Shown here one piece after another: positions 10,280 through 19,429 of a DNA stretch of 64,000 bases. The notes under the pieces were generated by a model. That model was not told the origin of the DNA. It ran no database searches and saw only the letters and a program-made list of their open reading frames with translations. Source of the DNA: Myxococcota bacterium. Lineage in GTDB: Bacteria > Myxococcota > XYA12-FULL-58-9 > JABJBS01. The DNA lies in assembly GCA_036339465.1 (NCBI GenBank), contig JAYZAY010000021.1, positions 7,612 to 71,611 on the forward strand. The letters are read 5' to 3'. Each line of letters opens with the position of its first letter. Positions within the stretch are counted from its first letter, which is position 1. Position numbers and translations under genes: made by a program.

Positions 10280-13200
10280 TCAAGCCTCACCCAACACTTT
10301 AGAACTGGCGCTCAACAGAGAGCTGAAGCAACGATAATTTTCTATCACGCCCCGATCTAAATCAAAATCACTCATCTTCCATTCATGGGCTTCTAGTTCT
10401 TCACTCATTTTTCGAAGTTCATCTATTTTTTCGTGAACTCCATTTTTCTTAGGCAAACGCTTAGGGGTTTTCTCCAAGTCAGCGTAAAGGGCTAGAATTA
10501 AGGGCTCCACATATCTTTCCCGAATCACCGACAAGGTCTTTGGATTGATCCCGTGCACATAAACCAAACATTCAAAGGACCGCAATTTCCCCGAACTTAC
10601 CTTCCAATAAATCGGTCGTCTCTTATACTTCTGGAGATGGTCCTTATAAAATCCATTCTCCTGAGTGAAATAGCGTTGTATCGTTCTCTGGGGAGATTCT
10701 CCTCCTCTTGGTCCCAGAATTCCTGCAATGAAACTCAAGCACGAAAGGGTGTTCGTATGGCCCCATACAAGGGAGATAAAACCTTCGAGTCTGGACGCGG
10801 CCTCATCTGGAAATTGGCCCTGGCTAAGAGGGATAATCCCATCTTGAACCGAATATCCTAAATCATTACCAGCAAGGTGATCTGGCCCAACACCATCACC
10901 CACAATCATTAACCCTGGTCGCTTCAACGAGTAGCGCCCCATGAAACAACCAATAGCATACGAAATGAAATCTTTAATTGCATCCTGCAGAAATAGCGCC
11001 TTATACTCTTTTTTCTGAAGCCCACGACCATAGCGATAAACCGGATTCATCATGAGCGTAATTTCAGCGAGGGAGACCTCCGTGCCCACTTCACCCTTCA
11101 AACCATAATGCTCCACTAAAGCACAATTATTGGCTATTTCTAAAACACGCAAACGTTCGGTTGTTTCCAAATTATATTGATATTGATGGTGTAATGAAGA
11201 TTCGATGTCTACACCCGCGACTCCATCAACGCCCCGAGGCAACCACGGTAATGTCTCGAAATCCCAGCTTAGCTCCGAGCTGTTCCAGTCCTCTCGAGCA
11301 ATGGCAACCATACTCTTCAAGCGTTCATGACCATCCACATGCAGCCTGCCAACCGGTAGCTTCGAAATCGCACCCTGCTCGAAATTAAGAGTCTGAGAAA
11401 ACACCTGAATACATTCCTGAGCAACACTTGAATTTAGATACCCCAAAAGCCCAAGCAACTGTGACTCATCCTCGTGGAGAATAAACATTCCTGCCTCGCT
11501 AGGAATAGAACCTTCATCGCAAATCCGTACGGCAAAATAGCTCGAAGAAATCTTCGTCCAAGTCAGACCTTGCTTGAAATACACACGCTCGTTTTGTGGG
11601 CGAGATTTTCGACGACCAGAATCATCACGATAACTCTTAACCCGACACCCATTGTCCTCCCAATCCACAACAAAAAGGTGATTTCCGTACCATTTGCGAT
11701 AATCACCTCCCTTTAAATACGGAAACCATCGCGCCGTTTTAGGCCCTGGCTTTCTCCCTGGCCTGTAAATTTTTCGAGAATCCACCTCAAACCAATATCG
11801 GACAAACTTTGGAGTATCTCCCGTTATAAGACCCTGCTTAACTTCAAAGCCATCACTCAAATGTTTTCGCGTTTCGAAAAGAGACTGTAGACCTTTGCCC
11901 AAAAAATACCCGAGACTTTTTTGCGGAAAGCTATTGAAGAAGGATGATTTCCTCCGGAATAGCCAGCCACAATTGGGATTCACAATCGCCTCAAGGGTTC
12001 TCGGGCCTTGTTGATCCACACCTTTAAATCCAGAAAGCCGGACATAGCCTGCTTGATAATGGCTGTCGTGCTTATTTTGGAATGTAAAACAACAAATAGG
12101 GACAGTCGCCCCGGCAAAAGCCGAATACTCCAATTGCACCACACTTGTAATTGTGGCGGAATCTAGGAGCTGATACCGCAATGCCGCATAGGACCCAATA
12201 AACATCCAAACAAAGGGTGTCATAAAACCCAAATGGCCTTCTTCTTTTACAAGCTTTCGACAACGAACAATAAAGGCAGAAAAAAGATCTGCCTGGTAAC
12301 CGGAAAAATATTCCGTTAAGTACCGACGCACGACATCCGGTTGGTGTTTGCGTCCCATAAACGGGGGGTTGGCAATGATAACATCGTGCTCACGACACAG
12401 AACCTGAGCAACCTCGAGAAGAGTCAGAAGCTTCGGGTTTGCTCGCCCAAAAAAGGCCAATTTCCCTTTCTCACATGATTCCCGTAGTTCGGGCAAACAC
12501 CGCTGTAATTTCTGCGGAACTTCAATAAGAGAGCCCAATAATGGCGCGGCCTCAAACACCGCTGCAAGCTCTCCCAACAAAACACCCTCTCGCCCTAGTG
12601 GTGCAAGCATCGACTCTACCACGAGAGTCGATGTATCGGGATAGGCCCACAAACTCAGGCTAGGCTGCCGCTCAAGGATCCCTGGATCATCGAGGTTGGC
12701 ACGCAACAAAAGAACCGTCTCGGCCAATCTAATTGCACGCTCATCGATATCGAGACCGACTAAATTGTTTTCAAGTATGAGGGACGCTGCCTCGATCAAA
12801 TCATAGCCTGCTTTTAAGTAAGCCTCCCTCATCACCTCATAAGCATCCAACAACAAATGGCCTGTGCCGGCAGCGGGGTCCAAAATTGTCATTTCGGTAA
12901 GGTCAAGCTGTCCACACCCAAAGGTATCTGAAGGTGACGGTAAAAGATAATTAAGCCTAAGGCCATCTCTACTAGACGCGACTCTCGTTTTGAGATATCT
13001 CCCCAGGCTATTGTGCACCAGGTATCTCGAGACCCACTTGGGAGTAAAAAGTTGGGTAACCACAGCCAATTCACGCGCACTCGAAACCCTGCCCGAGACT
13101 TGTTTTTTGTCATAATCAACAAAGCCTTGAAAGCACCAACCCAAAATCTCACAATTTCTCCAGAGTTCCTCCGGAAGACCAAAACAAAAGTGGTTAGCCA

Positions 13201-13549
13201 CCTCTAAATTCATCAGACTTTCGACCGTGGACTCTGACTCAAGCTCCTCTAAATGCCGAAACAACGCCGGAAAAACCTGGGAAACCCAACGAAGAGATTT
13301 GCGCAAAGAACTCAAGCACGATTTTGGTGACTCCAAACAAGCATTTTGAAGTCCGGCAATTCTGGCGGGCAATAAGGCATTCACTTCCATGAACCGAAGC
13401 ACACATAGAAAGAGAAAACAATCACATGATAGTTCTCTCCAAAAGCACATTTCCTGGGACCGGCTGAACTGGTTTCCTATAGAGAGACCCGAGCACGAAA
13501 GTAGTTCTCTCCCCTTCTTACTAAAAAGAATAATGCGCGCATGCTCCAT
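10280..13549 (-). CDS. pglX: BREX PglX-like N6-adenine DNA methyltransferase, paralog 1.
   Basis: The motifs are ILGWCFQGF, FTPKWVSRYLVHNSLGRY, DPAAGTGHLLLDAYEV (motif I), IIANPPFMGRK (motif IV, NPPF) and the C-terminal RRPIYWKVSSGKLRSFECLVYVHG. The ORF track starts at 13603. The start given here, Met19 (MEHARII...), is chosen by alignment to paralog 2 and overlaps its stop by a few nucleotides. Confidence 0.75.
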   Translation of the reverse strand: MEHARIILFSKKGRELLSCSGLSIGNQFSRSQEMCFWRELSCDCFLFLCVLRFMEVNALLPARIAGLQNACLESPKSCLSSLRKSLRWVSQVFPALFRHLEELESESTVESLMNLEVANHFCFGLPEELWRNCEILGWCFQGFVDYDKKQVSGRVSSARELAVVTQLFTPKWVSRYLVHNSLGRYLKTRVASSRDGLRLNYLLPSPSDTFGCGQLDLTEMTILDPAAGTGHLLLDAYEVMREAYLKAGYDLIEAASLILENNLVGLDIDERAIRLAETVLLLRANLDDPGILERQPSLSLWAYPDTSTLVVESMLAPLGREGVLLGELAAVFEAAPLLGSLIEVPQKLQRCLPELRESCEKGKLAFFGRANPKLLTLLEVAQVLCREHDVIIANPPFMGRKHQPDVVRRYLTEYFSGYQADLFSAFIVRCRKLVKEEGHLGFMTPFVWMFIGSYAALRYQLLDSATITSVVQLEYSAFAGATVPICCFTFQNKHDSHYQAGYVRLSGFKGVDQQGPRTLEAIVNPNCGWLFRRKSSFFNSFPQKSLGYFLGKGLQSLFETRKHLSDGFEVKQGLITGDTPKFVRYWFEVDSRKIYRPGRKPGPKTARWFPYLKGGDYRKWYGNHLFVVDWEDNGCRVKSYRDDSGRRKSRPQNERVYFKQGLTWTKISSSYFAVRICDEGSIPSEAGMFILHEDESQLLGLLGYLNSSVAQECIQVFSQTLNFEQGAISKLPVGRLHVDGHERLKSMVAIAREDWNSSELSWDFETLPWLPRGVDGVAGVDIESSLHHQYQYNLETTERLRVLEIANNCALVEHYGLKGEVGTEVSLAEITLMMNPVYRYGRGLQKKEYKALFLQDAIKDFISYAIGCFMGRYSLKRPGLMIVGDGVGPDHLAGNDLGYSVQDGIIPLSQGQFPDEAASRLEGFISLVWGHTNTLSCLSFIAGILGPRGGESPQRTIQRYFTQENGFYKDHLQKYKRRPIYWKVSSGKLRSFECLVYVHGINPKTLSVIRERYVEPLILALYADLEKTPKRLPKKNGVHEKIDELRKMSEELEAHEWKMSDFDLDRGVIENYRCFSSLLSASSKVLGEA

Positions 13550-13556
13550 CGGCAGT

Positions 13557-16500
13557 TCACCGCTTCCCCAAAACAATTTTTCGATCAGACGCCAAGGTGC
13601 CAAAGAAATCGTAATTTTTCTTCACCCCGTCACCTAGATCCAGTTGAAATGCATCTTCGGACAAAACTTTAAGACTTTGCTCGAACTCTCGAAGTTCATT
13701 CAGGCGTCCATGGAGTTTTGTCTTTTCGGCCGGAAACTTCGGATCCGGAATCGATGAAGCCGCCTTTGCATATTCTTGTTCAAGGGTGGAGATATAAGGG
13801 ATTACGTAGGATTGTCGTATCATATCCAAGGTTTCAGAATGGAATCGATGAAGGTAAATAAGGCACTCAAACGTTCTATACTTCCCGGAACTTATTTTCC
13901 AATAAATCGGTCGTCGTTTGTATTGAATCAAGTGGTCTCGGTAATACCCGCCAGGCCGGGTTAAATAGGATTGGACCTTTTCCAAGGCATTCTTGCCTCC
14001 TTTAAGCCCGAGACACTTAGCGACAAAATCAATATTTTCCTCCAAGGATTCCGGGGGCCACACTTCCTTGAGAAATCGCTCAAATCTCTTGGCCGCCTCA
14101 TCGGGAAAAACACCCCAAGTAAGTGGGAGGACCCCATGGAGTGCTGTACCAAATTGGCCATAAAGACTGGGGTTGAAATTGTCATTACGATGACCCGCAT
14201 AAACCAACCCCGGCTGCTCCAACGAATATCGCCCGAGAGTGCAACCGATCATATAGGAGATGAGTTCCTTCATGCTTTCCGCTCTGAAACGTTTTTCATA
14301 TTCATCATCGGAAAGATTTGGAGCAAATCGATATCGCGGGTTGGTCTTCAAACTCACATCTTCGAGACCAACATCTATCTTGATTTGGTTCTCTATACCA
14401 AACAAAACCGCGACGTTCGCATTATTCTGCCGTTCCAATTCCTGGAGTTTCTCCGATTGTTTCTTAACATAGCTACGCCAAACACTAAAGCTCTCTGATA
14501 GAGATATCCGCGGTTGATTATGGTCCGCCAGGAAAGGAAGCCTCTGAAAATCCCAACTGGATTCGAAAGAAGCCCAATCCTCACGAGAAATCCGAATACA
14601 CTCGTCAACGACTTCTGAACCTACCTCTTTCGGGCATGGAAGATTTGCCAAAGTTCCCGCTTCAAAATTCAAGGTGGGTGAAATCGCTCCTAGAACGACC
14701 TGGCAGAGCTTTGAGTTAAGTAATCCCAAAAGCGGTTTCATTTTCCCATTGGAGATTGGAAAGAGAGAAATACCCGCATCTGCGAAAATAAATCCCTCTG
14801 GGAAATAACGTGCTGAAAATTCTCCAGAACTAATTTTTGACCAACTCAAGCTGGGTTTGAAATAGTAAGACTGATTCTTTACCACATAGCTTGGTGATGT
14901 CAGATATGGGTATTTAGCTAGAACCGTTTTTTTAATTTGGTCTCCATCGCTCTCCCAATCCACAATGTATTCTTGATGCCCATACCACTTACGATAACGC
15001 CCACCCTTATTGAGTGGAAACCACCTTTGGCGGCTGTCTTTCGCGCTTTGCGCATCTTTACAATGAAAAGCGATATCGTCTATTGAAACCTCGTGCCAAT
15101 AACGCAGGAAGCGTTCATTATCGGAAGTCGCTAAGCCTTGTTTGACATCGCCAAACTGTGAGAGTCGCCCCGGATGCGAGAAAATGTGTTGTAAAACCCC
15201 CTTCGTCCAAAATGCAATGGGTTGCCCCGGGATCTGCTTCAAGTCATCGGGCTTCATCAAATAAAACCATTCGCATTTGGGGACATGGATCGCTTCTAGG
15301 ACTTTAGGGGCTTGGTTTTCGGCGCCTCGAAAATCCGACAGTTTTATAAACGCTCCGGTAAAATTCGGTATGTATCGATTCTGGAAAGTAAACGCGCAAA
15401 TCGGGACGGTGGCATCAGAGAAACCGGAGTATTCCAATTGTACCAGAGTCATAAGAGTCGCTGTTTCTAAAAGATTGAGACGCAGAGGGGTATAAGAACC
15501 TATAAACATCCAAACAAAGGGAGTCATAAAACCAAGAACCCCATCACACTTAGCAAAATCTCGACTCCGAACAATAAAGGAAGAGAAGAGGTCAGTACGA
15601 TAATCGTAGTAATTGGAATATAGAAAATCCTTTAATATCTTTGGTTGGTTTTTTTTCCCAAGGTATGGGGGATTAGCGATAACAACGTCGTATTTCTTTA
15701 GGAGAAGGCGCGCGACATCAACGAGCCTTAGAATGGCGCGTCTGAAGGTCGGTATTTGTTCGGTAGATTCATTGCGGCACCATTTTTCAATCTCCACTAG
15801 TTTATTAGCCACGTTGTCCGGTATCTTAAGTAGCGAGCCAAAAATCGATGCCGAATGAAAAATGTGGCATAATTCAGTCACCGCTTCAGGAAGCGCCTTA
15901 ATCTCGGTGAAACCCCGTGGACTATCAGGAATACAGTAAACCTTTGGGGAAATCCCCTTTTCCATGAAAGTCGCGTCGTCAGATCGGGCTTTCATAATGA
16001 GAGCAAAGTTTGCAACTTGTACCGCTCGTGGCTCGATATCCACGCCAAACAAATGGTTTTCAAGTATACGTTTTGGAATCGTGCTGGCCGCGTGTCCGAG
16101 GGAGAGATAAATATTCCTTAAGGTATCGTAGGCTTCGAGTAGTAGGTGTCCTGTGCCCGCTGCGGGGTCCAAATCCGTTGGCACACCGCGCTTCGTTTCC
16201 GCGCTATTGCGGGTGAGCATTGTCGTATCAATATGATACTTGAAATTATCCGTGAGGGCTGAATCCGATTCACCGTCCATCCAGCGGGTAACAATGCTAT
16301 TATGACATAAGTATTGAGCAATCCATTTTGGTGTAAAAAGTTGGGTTGAAACGGCAAGTTCATGGACCTCAAAGGCCCGACCCGTGGACCTCCGTTTCTC
16401 GGGAGCAACATAGAATTGATACAACCATCCGAGGATTTCCGTTTCAGAACAAGACTCTGCCGTTAGGGTCGAACTTAAATCGGTTAAGAAAGAGTGTTCC

Positions 16501-16829
16501 GCGGCGATTCGGTCTAAGACGCTTAGGAGATGAGAAGTGGGTTCTGGAAAAACTGAGGGTATCATCCGTTGATATTTTCGATATAGAAATGAGAGAGAAG
16601 CGCTGGAAGACGCCAGTTTATGTGTGGATGTGACGCCCTCAGAAGAATCGAGATAGCTTTGGACTTCCATGTAGCGAAGAGCGCACAAAAAGCCAAAAAC
16701 CTTATAGGCGATATCTCTGACTAATTCGCGGTCGGTTGCAGCCCCTAGGGATACCAGAACATCGGTTGTAAGTTCCTCTAAGAACTTTCGAGTGCGTAAC
16801 GCAAAGTTTGTCAGTTGCTGCTTAGTCAC
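13557..16829 (-). CDS. pglX: BREX PglX-like N6-adenine DNA methyltransferase, paralog 2.
   Basis: The motifs are ILGWLYQFYV, FTPKWIAQYLCHNSIV, DPAAGTGHLLLEAYDT, VIANPPYLGKK (NPPY) and the C-terminal KRRPIYWKISSGKYRTFECLIYLHR. It is collinear with paralog 1 across the MTase, TRD-like and C-terminal regions, at roughly 45-50% identity by eye. Confidence 0.78.
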   Translation of the reverse strand: MTKQQLTNFALRTRKFLEELTTDVLVSLGAATDRELVRDIAYKVFGFLCALRYMEVQSYLDSSEGVTSTHKLASSSASLSFLYRKYQRMIPSVFPEPTSHLLSVLDRIAAEHSFLTDLSSTLTAESCSETEILGWLYQFYVAPEKRRSTGRAFEVHELAVSTQLFTPKWIAQYLCHNSIVTRWMDGESDSALTDNFKYHIDTTMLTRNSAETKRGVPTDLDPAAGTGHLLLEAYDTLRNIYLSLGHAASTIPKRILENHLFGVDIEPRAVQVANFALIMKARSDDATFMEKGISPKVYCIPDSPRGFTEIKALPEAVTELCHIFHSASIFGSLLKIPDNVANKLVEIEKWCRNESTEQIPTFRRAILRLVDVARLLLKKYDVVIANPPYLGKKNQPKILKDFLYSNYYDYRTDLFSSFIVRSRDFAKCDGVLGFMTPFVWMFIGSYTPLRLNLLETATLMTLVQLEYSGFSDATVPICAFTFQNRYIPNFTGAFIKLSDFRGAENQAPKVLEAIHVPKCEWFYLMKPDDLKQIPGQPIAFWTKGVLQHIFSHPGRLSQFGDVKQGLATSDNERFLRYWHEVSIDDIAFHCKDAQSAKDSRQRWFPLNKGGRYRKWYGHQEYIVDWESDGDQIKKTVLAKYPYLTSPSYVVKNQSYYFKPSLSWSKISSGEFSARYFPEGFIFADAGISLFPISNGKMKPLLGLLNSKLCQVVLGAISPTLNFEAGTLANLPCPKEVGSEVVDECIRISREDWASFESSWDFQRLPFLADHNQPRISLSESFSVWRSYVKKQSEKLQELERQNNANVAVLFGIENQIKIDVGLEDVSLKTNPRYRFAPNLSDDEYEKRFRAESMKELISYMIGCTLGRYSLEQPGLVYAGHRNDNFNPSLYGQFGTALHGVLPLTWGVFPDEAAKRFERFLKEVWPPESLEENIDFVAKCLGLKGGKNALEKVQSYLTRPGGYYRDHLIQYKRRPIYWKISSGKYRTFECLIYLHRFHSETLDMIRQSYVIPYISTLEQEYAKAASSIPDPKFPAEKTKLHGRLNELREFEQSLKVLSEDAFQLDLGDGVKKNYDFFGTLASDRKIVLGKR

Positions 16830-16887
16830 AAATTACTCGACCAGTGTGATATTTTTTGTTCGGGCGGCGCGGTGATAACCTCGCGAT

Positions 16888-18333
16888 TTAGGATTGAAGG
16901 GTGATTTCGCCCGCGAGGTATTTTTCTTTGAACAACTCCTCGCCCATGGCGGCGACCCTCTTCAACAACGCCTCTTCCAAAAAGGCCGAAACAAATGCTT
17001 TGTTGGGTCGCCCTGCCCTTCCGAGGGAGTGTTTGGCCTGCTCCTTGGCTTCCGCTTCTAGGTTTTTATAATCTCGGTGGGTCAACTCGTCTTCCGCCTT
17101 GGAGATCATCGTGGTCCTATATTCCTGCCATAAGGTCTCAAGGTCTAGAAGTTCGGTCTCTTGTTTTTTCGGATGTCGGGACCGGTTGACGGCACTTCGT
17201 GCCCCATTTTCAAATCCCTTAAGATAAAAGAAACTCTGTATCTCATCTTCGGATTTGAATTTCCTCGCCTGTTCAATTGCATGGTTCAGCATTTCAAGGG
17301 CACTGGGTTCACCGTGTTTGTCAATCCATGCCAAGGCGAGGTCGTGTTCCTTTCGAGTAATCGTGATTCCTTCTGAAGAGCCATGAAGCAGTTCATAAAA
17401 CTTCTCCACCAGGGTATCGGCTGGATCGATTATTTTTGTTCTTGCTTGTTTGGGTACACGTTCGAAAATATACCGAAAATCGTCACGGGATTTATCGACA
17501 GTAAGACTTATCTTTAAGCCGCGAGCTTGTAATCGAATCATGGAAGCCTCCACCTGATCGGTGACATAGCTTGAAGCGGTCCGACCGCCTCGGATAATTT
17601 TTTCGCTGTCCATGGCCAATTTGTATTTAGCGAATCGGCGACAGCTTTTGACTGTTTCCTTGCGTTTGCGAGCCAATTGTCGATCGAGCCAACGAAAGAG
17701 TCTTATGTCGATGGGTCTTTCCAAGCTGAGAAGAAATTTCATATCAAGTCGTTTGGTATAATTCTCCTTAATGGATTGATAAAATAATTCACCCCAGCGA
17801 ATCTCATACACTTTCTTGCGACGGCGACCGCCCCGCTTCTGCGCTTGGATAACCTCATTTTCGATAAAACTGGTTTGGTCGGGTTCTTCTTCATCGTCAT
17901 CGCGTTCCGTGAGATCGACAATGTAATCAATAATGGAGAAATTCGCAGGTCGGTGTGTTTTCAGGGAAGGAACCCACCATTTGTCGTGAATGATTCTGGT
18001 TGCTGCAATGCGTTCCAACTCGCAGGTTGCGCGTTTCAGCTCTTTGCCTGCACGCCGGCTTTTAGAGTGGGGATACATATAATCATCCACAAGTTCTCGA
18101 ATCGCAAATTGAAACTTTGGTGACTGAAATGAGTTTTGTTTATTGTGCATCCAAAGAAGGGCTAGAAGAGTTCGCTCTGCATATGCCGATGGGAGCCCGC
18201 TACCTGAACCGGCTTCTAAGCGATAGCTCTTGTCTTCGGATAAATAGATGATATTGGATTGTCGATTTGGCTTTTTACCACGACCGGGGCGATTGTCTGT
18301 AAGTCGACAAAAGGGAATTTCAACAAGGTTCAT
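16888..18333 (-). CDS. repA: Plasmid-type replication initiator protein (RepA-like), 481 aa.
   Basis: The N-terminus, NLVEIPFCRLTDNRP...IIYL...YRLEA...GLPSAYAERTLLALLWM, resembles the RPA/RepA initiator N-terminal winged-helix region. The protein is basic and Arg/Lys-rich. Iterons and an AT-rich region lie directly upstream, and a parAG operon is next to it. Confidence 0.6.
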   Translation of the reverse strand: MNLVEIPFCRLTDNRPGRGKKPNRQSNIIYLSEDKSYRLEAGSGSGLPSAYAERTLLALLWMHNKQNSFQSPKFQFAIRELVDDYMYPHSKSRRAGKELKRATCELERIAATRIIHDKWWVPSLKTHRPANFSIIDYIVDLTERDDDEEEPDQTSFIENEVIQAQKRGGRRRKKVYEIRWGELFYQSIKENYTKRLDMKFLLSLERPIDIRLFRWLDRQLARKRKETVKSCRRFAKYKLAMDSEKIIRGGRTASSYVTDQVEASMIRLQARGLKISLTVDKSRDDFRYIFERVPKQARTKIIDPADTLVEKFYELLHGSSEGITITRKEHDLALAWIDKHGEPSALEMLNHAIEQARKFKSEDEIQSFFYLKGFENGARSAVNRSRHPKKQETELLDLETLWQEYRTTMISKAEDELTHRDYKNLEAEAKEQAKHSLGRAGRPNKAFVSAFLEEALLKRVAAMGEELFKEKYLAGEITLQS

Positions 18334-18534
18334 TTCATCGATAGCGCGTTCGCCATCGAGAGCGTTGAAAGGCAGGTTAAGTTGATTTTTGGAATCGTAA
18401 TCAATGATGGGTTCGAGATCTTGGAGTTCGCCGTCTTGGTCTTCGGGATTGCCACTGGGTTCTCGGTTGGCGAATTTTTTTTTGATGACTCCCCTCCTTG
18501 TGGTCGTGCCCGTTCGAAGAATGATCCTCTTCTT

Positions 18535-18600
18535 TATTCTTATTTATATATTTAAGAGCTAAAAAGAGAACTAAAATCAAATATTTAGAAAGGAATTTTG
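18535..18600. promoter_or_regulatory. AT-rich tract between repA and the iterons, a candidate DNA-unwinding element and rep promoter region.
   Basis: The sequence TTCTTATTTATATATTTAAGAGCTAAAAAGAGAACTAAAATCAAATATTTAGAAAGG is more than 75% AT. It is immediately followed by the iteron array. Confidence 0.5.
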
Positions 18601-18601
18601 C

Positions 18602-18876
18602 TTTAATGGTTCTCGCTATTTCCTTTAATGGTTCTCGCCTTTTGTTATAAGAGTTCTTGCTTTTCTTTAATGGTTCTCGAGTTTTCTTTAACGGTTCTCA
18701 AGTGCGCAGGAGGTGGACGGTACTTTGGTCGGTTTCTCTAAGTCATTGAGAATACAGGTGTTGTGTTTCGTTGGACGGGTGTCAAGAGAAGTTTTAGTCA
18801 TTAATGGTTCTCGCTTTTGCTTTAAGCATTCTCGAAGTTTCTTTAATGGTTCTCGAAGTTTCTTTAATGGTTCTCG
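18602..18876 (+). repeat. Iteron array. Eight direct copies of a 14-mer, TTTAATGGTTCTCG, sit on a 21-22 bp phase in two clusters of four. This is a candidate oriV / RepA-binding region.
   Basis: Perfect copies lie at 18602, 18624, 18666, 18842 and 18863. Variants lie at 18687 (TTTAACGGTTCTCA), 18800 (ATTAATGGTTCTCG) and 18821 (TTTAAGCATTCTCG). The spacings are 22, 42, 21, 21, 21 and 21 bp. All copies share one orientation. Confidence 0.75.
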
Positions 18877-19078
18877 GATTTTCGGTGGGGAGTTGTTCGC
18901 GTCGGACTCTCCGAATGGTTGGGGTAAGTCATGGATATAGCTTTAGAAAACACAGGGTTTTAGAAGGAACCGGTGGGTGTAATGGGCCGGTCCGCATGGC
19001 TTGGGTGTTTTCCTTGAGAACCCTTATAGAAAAAGGATCTCTAGGCGATCGTTCTCGGAGGCTAGCGATGGATGGGAG

Positions 19079-19429
19079 TTACCGGGTGGGTTCGAGACGA
19101 AGTGCGTGTTCCTTGAATTCCTCTTCGTCGAGACTCTTAAGGGCGTGGATCGCGAGTCGGAAGAGATCGTTGTTTGATAGGCGTAGCCTTAGATCGAAGG
19201 TTGTATCAATAATCTCTTCAAAGAGTACCTGCTCTTTGTGTGGCAGGGCTATATTGTGTCGGGTTTTTGGGCCCTTGGATGGACGTCCTGGCTTTTTCGG
19301 TGTGGTCGATGTGGGTTGTTCCACTACTTGAAGAGCTTTAGAGGCGGATTCTAGCGGGGTGTCTGGGGATTGAATCCTTTGACTGGGTGTTTTTACTTGG
19401 AGGTCTTTTAGGTTAAGTTTACGCGACAT
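19079..19429 (-). CDS. parG: Small partition protein (ParG/ParB-like, putative ribbon-helix-helix centromere-binding protein).
   Basis: The 116-aa ORF lies immediately downstream of parA and overlaps it by 11 bp. The N-terminal half is basic and Pro/Ser/Thr-rich and the C-terminal half is helical. This matches the size and position of type Ib ParG proteins. Confidence 0.5.
   Translation of the reverse strand: MSRKLNLKDLQVKTPSQRIQSPDTPLESASKALQVVEQPTSTTPKKPGRPSKGPKTRHNIALPHKEQVLFEEIIDTTFDLRLRLSNNDLFRLAIHALKSLDEEEFKEHALRLEPTR

Noticed and set aside
13549-13603. An 18-codon N-terminal extension of PglX paralog 1 reaching into paralog 2.
   Set aside because: Alignment with paralog 2 places the conserved N-terminus after Met19. 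The extension would overlap 47 nt of the upstream gene.
13971-14498. A 175-aa + strand ORF inside PglX paralog 2, plus many other 60-100-aa ORFs antisense to the two PglX genes and repA.
   Set aside because: All are embedded antisense in long ORFs that carry strong conserved motifs. There are no independent signals.
18602-18876. Short direct repeats that superficially resemble a CRISPR array.
   Set aside because: The repeat unit is only 14 bp and the gaps between copies are 7-8 bp. The copies sit on a 21-22 bp phase, no cas genes are present, and the array sits between rep and par genes. These are iterons, not CRISPR repeats.
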